A DNA stretch of 64,000 nt from an uncultured archaeon (GTDB taxonomy: Archaea; Thermoplasmatota; Penumbrarchaeia; JASLWR01), in the NCBI GenBank assembly GCA_964430885.1, contig CAYSHM010000005.1, positions 87,068-151,067 of the forward strand, written 5' to 3'. Of the stretch, positions 18,335 to 30,700 are shown in pieces. The translations under genes were made by a program, and so were the position numbers. Numbering within the stretch: the first letter of the stretch is position 1; each line of letters starts with the position of its first letter. A model generated the notes under the pieces. It saw only the letters and a program-made list of their open reading frames with translations, was not told the DNA's origin and searched no databases.

Positions 18335-21229
18335 TTAGATGCTCAGGAATACTACGGATATTATGGTTGACAGTACAAGCCATAATACAAATGTGGGCAG
18401 CAGTCGTTTTATCAGTATTGACTCCTTGTTCTTGAGACCAACTGCCGTCGCTATCACTACTGCGTTCATTGGTGAAATCATCTCACCTGCACTCGAACCA
18501 AGTACCTGAGCCGCAGCAGTTCTTACGAGTGGCAACCCCAATGACCCTGCAGCTTCCATATGCAGAGAACCGAAGAGCACATTGGATGTGGTTGTTGAAC
18601 CAGTAAGTGCTGACCCGCTCATACCTATGGAAGGAATGAAATACTTGTAAGCACCTCCAACAATATCCACTATTGTGGATGCTATGGAAAAGGTCATGTC
18701 AAAATATCTCATGATATTCGCAATGGCCATAAATGCGGCAATAGTCAGCATTATGGGAAGGACCTCTTTTCCAGTCTGTTTCAATCCCCGTGCTACCATT
18801 CTAGCAGGCTTGATTGAATCAGCCAGACGGCCTATCTTTACCCTTTTACCTTCAGGTTCGGTTTCGAATTCTATTTCATCATCGTCATCATCTTCAAATT
18901 CCAGCTCGAAATCATCATCGTCATCATCTTCAAATTCCAGCTCGAAATCATCATCGTCATCGTCGTCATCAAATGAAACCACAAATTCATCGCCGGCATC
19001 TTCAATTATGAATTCTTCATCATTGTCTTCATCATCGTCGTCATCCTTAATGTCTATTGAATGGTCCCCTCCATCATTTACCAAAGGCATTCCCATTGAC
19101 AATGAATGGGTTCTTGTTCTTTTTTTCTTCTTTTTACGCTTGGGCTCGGTAATGCTTTCAACATCATCTTCCTTCTCATCGACAACTGGTTTTTTCTTCT
19201 TCTTTTTCTTTTTCTCTTCATTCTTATCCTGTTCATCTGAATCTTCATCATCACTTTCATCGGCGGCAGGTCTCTTTCTCTTTTTCTTCTTTGGCTTGAC
19301 TTCGGCCTCCATATCCCTCTTCTTCACCTTTTTCCTTTCCCCTTCAACTCCATGGTCCTTTTCACCTGCCCTCTTGGAACCTTTACTCTTTTCCAGAGCT
19401 CTCTTTTTTCCTGGGTGTTTTCTCCCATCCGATCTTTTATCCTTTTGAGAAGCATCTTTTTTCTTCTCTTTTTTATTCTGCTTATCTTCATCGTCATCAA
19501 TTGGAGATATCTCATCGGATTCCAGATTTCTTATGAAACTACCGTCGAGATCGCTCTCAGGGGAAAAACTAGCTGCGATTTTTACAAACAATGGAACTGT
19601 GATTGCGACTATAAGAAGAATCGTTCCAGGCGAATAAAGCGGGGAGAACATCATGACCTTCCCTTCCGAAACTGTGTCAAAGGGAACGCTCAAGGTCATA
19701 AAATCTGCCGTGAGAAGACCCTTCAACGGCATTAAAAGACGTGTGACCAGCAGGATGAGGACCATGAAGCCCATTGACCAGAAATAAGGCCGAGCCAATA
19801 AGGTATTCTTGGGTTTGATCGATCCGCTGTCCTTTCCTGATTTCTTCTTCTCATCACCCCATCCAAGTATCCCCTTCTCCTTTTCGTTTAGCTTCTTCAC
19901 AGATACTAATTTCTCATAGAGTATAACAAATAACAGGGTCGCGCCACCGGCAATGATTGTTGGAAGTTCGGGGCCAGTGAAGTAGGCTACCAGGGCCTGT
20001 ATAGTTCCGTATACCGCCCCCATTCCCATGAGCAGGACTATATCTTCCCTGAGGTCCGGATCCTTGAAGTCTGCAAGGGGGCCCTGTTTGGTGTATACCA
20101 GGCTCATTATCAGAGGGGCAGGGATACAGAGTATTATCATATAGATCCCTATCCATCCTGAAAGGTCCATAAGGGCTAGTCCAGTAACTTCTTTTAGTGC
20201 TATAATGCTTACCCCGAGAAGTCCGAACACTGAAGATATTGAATTACCAAAAAGACAGAGGACTCCAACACCCACTCTGTTAAATCCCAAAGATACCAGC
20301 ATGATGGCGGCAATAACAAAATTTGAACCGGCTGGGGCCACTGTTGCCATGATCAGAGCAAAGCAGAAACCTATAAGCAGGATCTGGTGCTGTTTATCTG
20401 TAGATATCGATTTGAAATCCTCCTTCAACTGTTCCATGGCACCTACCTTTTCCAGCATCTTAAGGAAGAAGAAAGCACCAAATATGGCATAGATGTAATC
20501 TAATCCACCCCATAGGGCCGAATATAATATGGTGGCCACTATCTTCTCAAAGGCGGCACCTACCTCCAATTCCTGTCTGAAAAATACCAATGCCAGTATA
20601 ATAGTTATTCCCAGAGCGCAGGGGGCCACTATCTTTGAGGAAATCCTAAATACCAGAATCATGAAAAATACAAAAACCAAAGGAATAATCGCTATCAACG
20701 CCAGATACCATTCAAATTCATCATCCTCTTCATCACCGATGAAACCGCTAAGGTCAAGTATTACCTGATTATCGTTCTTAGAAGGATCTATAATATCTTC
20801 ATCTGTTTCCGGTGCCAGACTTATCCTTATTCGCATTCGGCTTACTGATGTATTGTCAATTTCAAGGAACACGCCTATGTTATCCTCAGGTTTATCGCTT
20901 TGGAGAGTTTCATTATATATTGTTCTCCAAAGACCTCCGTCATTACCATGGTCCAAATCAACAAAAATGGATATGTCAGTCCCCATATGGTTCCTGATTG
21001 TAACGATAATCTCCAAGGTCTTTTCGGGATCCACATTTTCTGTAACCTTGTTTCCCTTAACTGTCAGGGTCTTCTGATCCTGCCTCAAGGTCACTTCCTT
21101 GATGGCAATGTTATTCTCAAGGGATTCGGATTCTTCCTGACCTAGTACAAAGGGAACGGACGATAATAATATCAGCAGGACCAATAAAATTGGAATGTAA
21201 ATCTTTCTTAAATATACCATCAAATACAC
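18335..21229 (-). CDS. L-lactate permease (LctP) family transporter with N-terminal extracellular domain and long charged insertion
   Basis: LctP-like motifs IFGAFFFLKMLEKVGAME..ISTDKQHQILLIGFCF, GPELPTII, GSALTGSTTTSNVLFG, GEMISPMN; signal peptide; K/D/E-rich insert. Confidence 0.75.
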   Translation of the reverse strand: MYLMVYLRKIYIPILLVLLILLSSVPFVLGQEESESLENNIAIKEVTLRQDQKTLTVKGNKVTENVDPEKTLEIIVTIRNHMGTDISIFVDLDHGNDGGLWRTIYNETLQSDKPEDNIGVFLEIDNTSVSRMRIRISLAPETDEDIIDPSKNDNQVILDLSGFIGDEEDDEFEWYLALIAIIPLVFVFFMILVFRISSKIVAPCALGITIILALVFFRQELEVGAAFEKIVATILYSALWGGLDYIYAIFGAFFFLKMLEKVGAMEQLKEDFKSISTDKQHQILLIGFCFALIMATVAPAGSNFVIAAIMLVSLGFNRVGVGVLCLFGNSISSVFGLLGVSIIALKEVTGLALMDLSGWIGIYMIILCIPAPLIMSLVYTKQGPLADFKDPDLREDIVLLMGMGAVYGTIQALVAYFTGPELPTIIAGGATLLFVILYEKLVSVKKLNEKEKGILGWGDEKKKSGKDSGSIKPKNTLLARPYFWSMGFMVLILLVTRLLMPLKGLLTADFMTLSVPFDTVSEGKVMMFSPLYSPGTILLIVAITVPLFVKIAASFSPESDLDGSFIRNLESDEISPIDDDEDKQNKKEKKKDASQKDKRSDGRKHPGKKRALEKSKGSKRAGEKDHGVEGERKKVKKRDMEAEVKPKKKKRKRPAADESDDEDSDEQDKNEEKKKKKKKKPVVDEKEDDVESITEPKRKKKKKRTRTHSLSMGMPLVNDGGDHSIDIKDDDDDEDNDEEFIIEDAGDEFVVSFDDDDDDDDFELEFEDDDDDDFELEFEDDDDDEIEFETEPEGKRVKIGRLADSIKPARMVARGLKQTGKEVLPIMLTIAAFMAIANIMRYFDMTFSIASTIVDIVGGAYKYFIPSIGMSGSALTGSTTTSNVLFGSLHMEAAGSLGLPLVRTAAAQVLGSSAGEMISPMNAVVIATAVGLKNKESILIKRLLPTFVLWLVLSTIISVVFLSI
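18876..18960. repeat. 36-bp coding tandem repeat (2 full copies plus a partial), encoding FELEFEDDDDDD
   Basis: tcatcatcgtcatcatcttcaaattccagctcgaaa at 18876-18911 and 18912-18947, with a partial third copy. Confidence 0.9.
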
Positions 21230-21796
21230 CGGGATTAGTTTTTAGAAGGTTATATAATACCAAAATCTGTACAGTTTTGGATTTATAAGGTTATCTCACT
21301 GAAATAATTATTGGTTTTATTAAAGTTTTTCCAGATATATTCCCTACTAAATACTCCTCTTGATAAAATAAGCATCATGCCGTTTGCGATAATTGATACG
21401 GCATATTGGAATATTTAATCAAACTCAAGGATCCTTTCGGGACTCCCACGGAAGCCCCCTAATCTAGACTAAATATGCATCATACTATATACCAGCCCAA
21501 TCTATAATATACAATAATTATATAGTATGAAATATTAACTACCTCGGCCCAAAGGCTTAATATTGATTTGAATGGAATATGTTAATTATTGAAGATATTA
21601 TTAGATCAAGAATGATGAAAGAAAATAATGCCAGTTGAATTGGTTTTTCGACCAAATAGAGAAACAAATTCCTTCCCTGGATCATGAAGTAATAATTAAA
21701 AGCATTTTAAATGTCATAATATTGCCTCGAATATTTGAACAAAAACGTTAAGGAATTCATGTGATAAGCTCTTAATCAAAGCTGGAAGCGGCCAAG

Positions 21797-24700
21797 GTGT
21801 TGAAAATGGGTAAGAAGAACAGAAAGGATATTGAAAAGGAGGTCCTGTCAATAGTAAGCGAGAAAACAGGATACCCCATCGATATGATTGATATCGAACA
21901 TGATATGGAAGCCGACTTGGGTATAGATACTGTCAAACAGGTAGAGCTTTTTGGTGCTGTCAGAGAAAATTACAATCTTCAAGAGGAAGAAGGCGTCAAT
22001 CTTTCCGAATATGCTTCTATTAAGGATGTAGTCCAGTTCATTGTGGATAAACTCGGCATTCCCGAGATGTCTGAGGTAGATGCAGGTGAGGAAGAAGGTG
22101 CGGAATCGGAAGCAATGACCTCAGAGGAAGTGAAAAAAGATGAGGGTGAGGGTAGCAAAAGCGCACCAGTTCAAAAACATACAGTAAACATCATTGAAAC
22201 TGAACGGGATAGGGATGAAATAACTTCCTATATCCATAGCTCCTTGGAACCCATAGCCGTAGTAGGCTTGGGCGGAATTTTTCCCGATTCAAACAGCATA
22301 ACTGAATTTTGGCAAAATATAATTGAGGGGAAGGATTCCATTGACGAAATACCTGAAGATAGATGGGACATCTCAACCTTCTATGATCCCGACTCTAAAA
22401 CCTCTAAGAACAAGAGTTATACAAAAATAGGGGCTTTCGTAAAGGATTTTGAGTTCAATTCCATAGATTTCCGTATTCCTCCAAATATTATCAAGCACAT
22501 CGATCCCGTTCAGCTCTGGACCCTTGCAGCTACAAAGGAAGCTTGGGAGGATGCAGGTCTACATAAGAAGGATGTGGCCCGGGATAGGGTCAGTGTTATT
22601 CTAGCCAATGCCCAGGGTGGAGAACATCGAGACACGAACAGCAGTTTGGTATATCTGTACGACTTCATCAGGGCAATGGAAAAAAGCTCGGTCTTCAGTA
22701 ACATGAAAAAGGCAGAGCGGAAAATCAAGGTGGAAGCCATAGAAAAGGAATTCATGAAGAACATGCCCGAGATAAATGAGGACACAATGCCTGGTGAATT
22801 ATCGAACATTGTTGCATCTCGAGTTGCAAATAGATTTGATTTCTTCGGCCCTTCATTCACCTGTGATGCAGCATGTGCTTCCTCCTTTGCCGCCATAGAC
22901 ACAGCAGTGAAATATTTGAGGGAAGGTGATGCGGACATTCTTATTACTGGAGGAGCTGACCGGAGCATGAATCCATCCACCTATGTGAAATTCTGCAAGA
23001 TAGGAGTCCTGTCAAAGACCGGCAGCCGCCCCTTCGATGCAAAGGCCGACGGTTTCGTCATGGGTGAAGGAGCAGGTATTTTAGTACTGAAAAGGCTTTC
23101 AGATGCTATAAAGGACCTGGATAAGGTCTATGCGGTAATCAGAGGTATTGGTGCTTCCAGCGATGGCAAATCCAAAGGTATCACCGCTCCAAATCCCCTT
23201 GGGCAGAAGAAGGCGATAGAGAGAGCTTATGAAAAAGCAGGATATGACCTCAGCACTGTTTCCCTTATCGAAGCTCACGGTACCTCCACAGTAGTAGGTG
23301 ATGCTACCGAGCTGAAGACATTGGCAGACATTTGGAGCGGAAAGGGATTCCAGAAACAGAGTGTTGGAATAGGATCCATCAAGTCGCAGATAGGTCATCT
23401 GAAAAGCGCGGCTGGGGCCGCAGGACTTATCAAAATGATATTGGCCCTTCATCACAATACCTTGGCACCTACTATTAACTATAAGGAAGCCAATCCTAAT
23501 GTCAATCTTGATGAAACTCCATTCTTCGTAGTAACCGAACCTCGAAAATGGGAAAGACCAAGAATTAAAGGGGAATTGATTCCCAGGAGAGCCGGCGTAA
23601 GTGCTTTCGGTTTTGGCGGGTCCAATTTCCATGTGACATTGGAGGAATTTACTGGCAATTATCCGGATCTGACTGCTGGAATTGAGAGTACAAAACCAAC
23701 CCATAGCCCTGAAAAAGTAATTGATCCTGAGCTTTATCTTAAGGAACACTCGGATATGGAGGGTGATGTCATAAGCATATCCGCGGATTCTCTTGATGAA
23801 CTTAAGGCTCAGGCCCAAACCCTATCATCAGACTTGAAGAAAGCCCTTAAGGATGAAGGAGAATACTTCCGATTGGCATCATTTGCATATGATATCAATC
23901 GGATATTGGATTCCGATAAAATACGGACTTTTAGACTAGCGGTTTCTGCTCAGAAAGGGAAAGAGATGGCGGATCTGTTCCTGCTGGCAGCTGAGAACGT
24001 GCACAGCACGGAAAGGATGGCAATGCTGGAAAACAAGGGTATATTTTTCAGCAATCCTGACATATTGACTGAACTCGGACATTTAAAAGATGGTGTTGTC
24101 CATCCTCCGAAAACAGGCTTCGTTTTCCCTGGCCAGGGATCGCAGTATATCAATATGCTGAGGGATGTGAGCAATAAGTTTAGAGCTGTAGAAGACACCT
24201 TCATTGAATCTGATGAAATAATGACTGATATTATCGGCGAACCCCTTACAAATATAATCTTTTCAGATGAACATGATTCAGAACAAGATGTTAAAAGAAA
24301 ACAGAACAGGATGACTGATACGGAAATTACCCAGCCTGCAATGATTACTGGTGATATTGCACTGTACCGATTATTCAAAATGTACGATCTGGAACCTGCT
24401 GCGGTAGCCGGGCATTCCCTTGGAGAATACGGTGCATTAGTGGCTTCTGAGGTCATGGATTTCAAAAACGCGCTTTTGGCCTCATCGGCAAGGGGAAGGG
24501 AGATGGCGAACATCGAGATCGAAGACAAGGGCAAGATGGCCTCGGTGGCTGCCGGAGAAAAGGAAGTTCAGGAAATTTTGGATTCCATCGACGGCTATGT
24601 AATAGTAGCTAATAAGAATTCCTACAGCGAGAGTGTGATTTCAGGAGCTTCCAAAGCCGTGGAAGAAGCTGTGGAGAAACTCAATAAAAAAGGCATCAAT

Positions 24701-27700
24701 ACGATTTGGCTGCCCGTGTCCCATGCATTCCATTCTGAAATCGTTGCTCCGGCCAAGGTTCCGCTGAGAAATTTCCTTGAGAATCGGGAATTTCATTCGC
24801 CTTCAATCCCTGTTCTTACAAATGTGGACGGCAGCTTCTACCCCACAGGTAGAAATGTCAAGGGCAGGGTAATCGACATTCTAGTTGATCAGATCGCAGG
24901 AGCTGTGGAATGGGTTAAGGAAATGGAAGCATTCTATAATGAATTGGACATACGATTCTTTGTGGAAGTTGGAACAAAAAGGGCTCTGACTACAACCATC
25001 AATCACATATTCCATAACAGACCGCATAAGGCTGTCCTGACCAACCATCCTAAAAAGGGGGGACTGAGGACCTTCAATGAAGCTTTGGCGCATCTTAGTG
25101 CCTGCGGTGTGAAGATCAAATGGCCGGCCCCTGATAACCGCACAGTCTATACCGATCTATTTGTGGATGCAGGAATGGAGTTGAAAAAGAAGGTTCAGGT
25201 GCAAAAAAGGGCAGTCATATCACCTCCGGTGAGTCAAAGGAGAGAAGGAAACTATACAGAAGAGATCCAAACTGTAGTGCCGGTAGATACTACTATATCC
25301 GCTCCATCTTCGATGGATATATTGTTGGACATCAAACCCAAGAACCATATAGCTGGTATTGATGAAACTGCCTATAAGGATTTCATTCAAACCGAAGGCC
25401 AGGAACTATTGGAAATAATCAATGACAGATTCAGGAAATTCCAGGCAAGCAGGGGTGGAGAACTTCTCAACCGCATTAGATCTTTAGGTCTCTATCTTGG
25501 GTCGGTTTCCATCTCAGGTACTGGAATAGGGCTGCCAGGAAAAGGAAAAAGGGTTTTCTCGACCTCAAATGTGGATAAAATCCTTCAGGGCGGAAATTTT
25601 ATAGATAGACTATCTGAAGAACAGATGAAAAAGATGTGCGATAAGAACATCATCCGGCTCCTCAAGATGCCTGACGGCGATGCAAAAATGATACCTATAG
25701 ATAATATTGACCAGGTCATCAAGTTTGCCGGGCTTAGGGGTGATTTCGATGTGGTCGAGGAATACGGTGTTGAAGTGAGTATTGCCGGAGCCCTTGACAT
25801 TACCTCCAAATTGGCCATTGCCGCCGGAATTGAGGCTTTAAGGGATGCTGGGATACCCTTGGTCAAGGAATATTATACCACTTCAACGGGAACATATCTT
25901 CCCAACAAATGGGTGCTGCCCGAACCCCTTCAGGAAGGGACTGGTGTAATATTCGCTTCAGCTTTCCCAGGATATGATAATCTGATAGATGAGATATCCC
26001 GTTATCTAGCCCACAAATTCACCTCAAGATCAGCTATTGAAAAAGAGGGACTCTATGAAGATATCCTTGAGCAGATAAATGATAAGAAAATCAAAGAGCA
26101 ATTGAGGGATTGGATAAGCAAAAATAGAATTAGGCAGGAGGATGAATACAGGGAAGAGGAAGAATATAAGTTCAACCGGAAATTCCTATGGAGGGTCCTC
26201 TCAATGGGTCATTCCCAATTCGCCCAGTTCATAAAGGCAAAGGGACCCAATACACAGGTGAACGCCGCCTGCTCATCCACAACCCAAACCTTCAGCATCG
26301 CCGAGGATTGGATCAGAACAGGCAGGGCTGAGAGAGTGATAATAATTGCTGCTGATGATGCTACCTCTGAAAATATGCTCCAGTATGTAGGCAGCGGATT
26401 TATAGCAATCGGAGCTGCAACTGTAAAGGACAAACTTGAGGAAGCGGCACTGCCCTTTGACAGAAGGAGGAACGGCCTTATAGTCGGGATGGGTGCTGCG
26501 GGATTCGTAGTAGAAAGAAAAGAGGACATTCTTAGAAGAGGAATGAAACCCGCAGTGGATCTCCTAGGAACATACCTTTCCAACAGCGCTTATCATGGTT
26601 CAAGTCTCGATGTTGAACATATTACTTCTGAACTTGAGAACTTCATCAGAAGGGTGGAAAGAGCTAACAATCTCAACAGGAACGACATAACAAAAAATAT
26701 GCTATTCATGTCCCATGAAACCTTCACTCCTGCCAGGGGCGGAAGCGCAGATGCGGAGATGGACAGCTTGCGACGTGTGTTCCCTGACACCTACAGAAAT
26801 ATCATTGTAACCAATACCAAGGGCTATACGGGACATGCACAGGGCGCAGGTATAGAGGACGCAATAGCCATAAAGGCCCTTCAGCACGGCAGAACCCCGC
26901 CTATCGCAAATCTCATGGAACCCGATCCTAATCTGGGGGACATCAAGCTGTCCAAGGGAGGAAAACATCCATTCGAATACGCCTTAAGGCTGGCTGCCGG
27001 GTTCGGCTCTCAGGTTGCTTTCAATCTGCTGAAACTTCAATCAAGAGAAGGAGAAAGGATGGCCGATGAAATAACCTATCAGAACTGGCTTAAGGAGATA
27101 TCCGGACTTGAACAGGTGGAAACCGAGGTTGCCCATAATACCCTTAGAATAAAGGACGTAGGGCCTGGAAGGATCGTCAGTAAAAGACCGGTATCCAAGG
27201 TAAAAAATCTTTCAAGGGACGATTCTATTTCTTCGGAACAGAGAAGTCAAAAGAGCAGTATTCCGGAAGGAGAGGAAATAATAACCGCTAAAAGCAATGA
27301 TGAGAGGGGGCAAATAACCGAAGAAGTTATGGAGATGGTTGCCGAAAAAACAGGTTATCCCGTGGATATGCTGGAACCGGATCTGGATATGGAAGCAGAC
27401 CTGGGTATCGACACTGTAAAACAAGTGGAGCTCTTCGGTGCTATCAGGGAAAATTATAACCTGGAACAGGAGGAAGGGGTCAATCTCTCGGACTACGATA
27501 CTCTGGACGGCATCGTTGAATACATTTATTCCAGATTGCTGAAGGAAGGGAAAATTGTTGAGGAGGCAATTCCAAAAGGGGAAGAGTTAGCCGTTCAAAC
27601 GGAATCAGGGGAATCAAAGCTGCATTTAAAAGTGGAGCGGAAGGTTCTTGAGATAGTAGCTGAAAAAACAGGATACCCTGTTGATATGCTGGAACCAGAT

Positions 27701-30700
27701 CTGGATATGGAAGCAGACCTGGGTATCGACACTGTAAAACAAGTGGAGCTCTTCGGTGCCATTAGGGAAAACTATAAGCTGGAACAGGAAGAGGGAGTAA
27801 ACCTTTCCGAATACGGCACTCTTCGAAGCGTAATGGATTATATTCTATCCCGATTGGATATTCCAATTGGTCCCAATGAAGGCTCTGCAGGAGACATTGA
27901 TGCCACTGAGAATACAACCGGGACCGGCGAAGATGAAAAAACTGATTCAGGGAGAAGCAGACCTGACGAGATAATGGAAAAAGTACTCGACATGGTGGCA
28001 GAAATGACCGGTTATCCCGTGGATATGCTGGAAGCAGACCTGGATATGGAAGCAGACCTGGGTATCGATACTGTTAAGCAGGTGGAGCTCTTCGCCGCTA
28101 TCAGGGAGCATTACGGTCTTGAAAGGGATGAAGGCGTTAACCTGTCCGAGTTCAACACCCTTAGGAGTATCGGCGATTATATCGATTCAAGGGTCGGTGA
28201 TACTGAACCTGCATCAGAGGGCGTTGGAGCAAAGACATTACAAGACGAATTGACCGAGGACACCGAAGGCGATGAGGTAATGGATCCTGAAGCAAAGGAG
28301 CTAAGACGTTACCTGACACGCTATATACCAAAGGAGCTGGGGAAGGATGAATGGTTTGATCTTAAGAAGAAGAATGTTATTGTCGTCATGGATAAGGAAG
28401 GAATAGGGAAAGAGTTAATGAAAACTCTGGCCTACAAGGGAGCAAATGTCATTCAGTTCATCTATAACAGGAAGAAGAAAGAACATAACAACGATCAATA
28501 CAAGGCTGACCTGGGAGATATTGAAATGCTGGGGGAGATAAAAGAAAAAGTACTGAAGAATCACGGAGATATTTTCGGTATACTTTATCTGCAGTCTATG
28601 GACAAGGAAAATGAATTGAAAAAAATAGATTTCGGGGAGTGGAAGGAACTTAACAGAAAAAAAATCCGGACCCTTTTCAATCTCGGAAAAGTTTTCATTG
28701 CTGACCTGAAAATGGGCTCCGAGGACAGCGAAAAGAGAAAGAACAAGTTCCTAGTATCGGCCGTAGAAATGGGCGGATCATTTGGAATTGAAGGTGACGG
28801 TAAATTTTCCACCCCTGTTCAGGGCGGGGTATGCGGACTTACCAAAGCGTTAGGTAAAGAAATGCCGGAAGTTTTGGTCAAATGTATCGACCTGGGGAAA
28901 ATATCCCGTAAGAAGAAAGCAGCAGACCTGATTCTAAATGAACTTCTTTTTGGAGATGAACGACTGGAAGTGTGCTATAAGAAGGGCAAACGGAGAATTG
29001 CCCAGATGTACCATTCCGAATTGGACAAAACCAAAAAGGCCAATTTGAAAATCAACCAAGAATGGGTCTTCATAGTACCGGGCGGAGGGTTTGGGATAAC
29101 TGGTGAAATTACCAAGGACATTGTCAGACAATTCAAACCCCGGATAATCGTCATGGACATAGCCGAACTTCCGGAAAACATAGAGGAATTGGCGGGATAT
29201 GATGAAAAACAGCTTGATGATTTCAAGAAAGAGCTTTTCCAAAAGCTGAAAAAAGAGAAGGACAGGGTCACTCCAGTAATGCTTGAAAGGAAATTCGGAA
29301 GTTATACCAAAGCCATTACAATATTTAGAAATCTTCAGAAAATGAGAGAGATGGGATCCAAGGTGGATTATTTCCTATGTGATGTAACTGACCAGAAAAG
29401 GGTAAATGAGGTTCTGGACGAGGTTCGTAAGAAATACAAACGCATAGATTGTATTATTCATGCCGCTGGACTTGAGATATCGAAGCTGATCACCCAAAAA
29501 CCTCCAGAACAATTCGATCTTGTTTACGGGGTCAAGGTGAACGGCGCCTTTAATTTATTCCAAGGAACCAAGGACGATAAGGTCAAGGCCTACGTGACCT
29601 TTTCCTCAGTGGCCGGCCGGTTCGGAAATATCGGTCAGACTGATTATTCCTCGGCTAACGATCTTCTAAATAAATATATGGCATTGATAAGCAGAGAGAG
29701 AAAAGGTAAGGCAAAGGCCATATCATTGAATTGGACAGGATGGAGAGGGGTTGGAATGGCAACAAGGGGCTCGCTATTGAAGATATTTGATGAGGCAGGC
29801 GTCACCCTTATACCCTTGGATTTCGGCAAGAAGAAGGTTAGGTTGGAGCTGCTCTATTCAGGAGACGAATCCGAGGTTACAGTTGCCGGAAATGTAGGTT
29901 TTCTTGATGCAGATGGTATAATCATACCCAATGGCCAGGATATTGAGAGTTGGGATATGGAGAGATCAATGAAAATGGAACCCGAAAACTATCCCTTTGT
30001 GGATAGGGTCTTGGAATACGAGAAGGGAGATAAAGTAGTTGTTGACAAATTACTCCATACGGAAAAGGATCGGTATTTGAAGGACCATTCCATCTCCGGA
30101 ACGCCTTATCTTCCCGGTGTCATGGGATTGGAAACATTCGCTGAAGCTAGCTCCCTGCTGTTCCCTGAAAAAAACATTATTGAGTTCAAAGATGTGGTCT
30201 TCAAGAGGCCGGTCAAACTCCTTAGGGGTAAGGAGGTTACTATTCGTACTATCTGCAGTGTATCAAGCACGAAGAAAGACAAGGTAGAACTTGATCTCCG
30301 TATTGAAAGCGATTTCATCAATCCGAAGGGCGTGAAGATGGGGGAACCAAGGATCCATTTTACTGGAAAATGCCTAATGGATAAAAAAGGACCGGGTAAG
30401 AAGAAGATTAAAATACCGAAGAACATCACCACAGATGTGGATCCAGTTATTGGCAATTCTGAGATATACAAAAGATTCTTCCATGGGCCGGCATTCCAGA
30501 TCCTCGGGGGAATAATAGAGACAGGGGATAAAATGAAAAAGGGCGAAAAGGCCTGGGGAGTATTTAAAGAACCTAAAGGAGATTTCTATTCGGATCTTGA
30601 CGATTTCCGATTCAGTTTCACACCCATGCTAGCCGAGTTCGGCTTCCAGACCTGCGGGATTTTTGATATGTTCCATAGGAGCAATATGTCGCTGCCGGAC

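Noticed and set aside
18876-18960. 36-bp direct repeat as a possible CRISPR array
   Set aside because: The copies are contiguous with no spacers, lie in frame within a CDS, and no cas genes are present.
18675-19448. 257-aa Ser/Phe-rich ORF on the plus strand
   Set aside because: Antisense shadow of the Lys/Asp/Glu-rich insert of the permease gene.
21420-21465. GC-rich patch as a tRNA fragment or integration site
   Set aside because: No cloverleaf or T-loop consensus, and I saw no second copy in the window.
22191-30471. Many 60-240 aa ORFs antisense to the PKS, and similar ones antisense to other long genes
   Set aside because: They are fully overlapped by well-supported CDSs and have no recognisable motifs.
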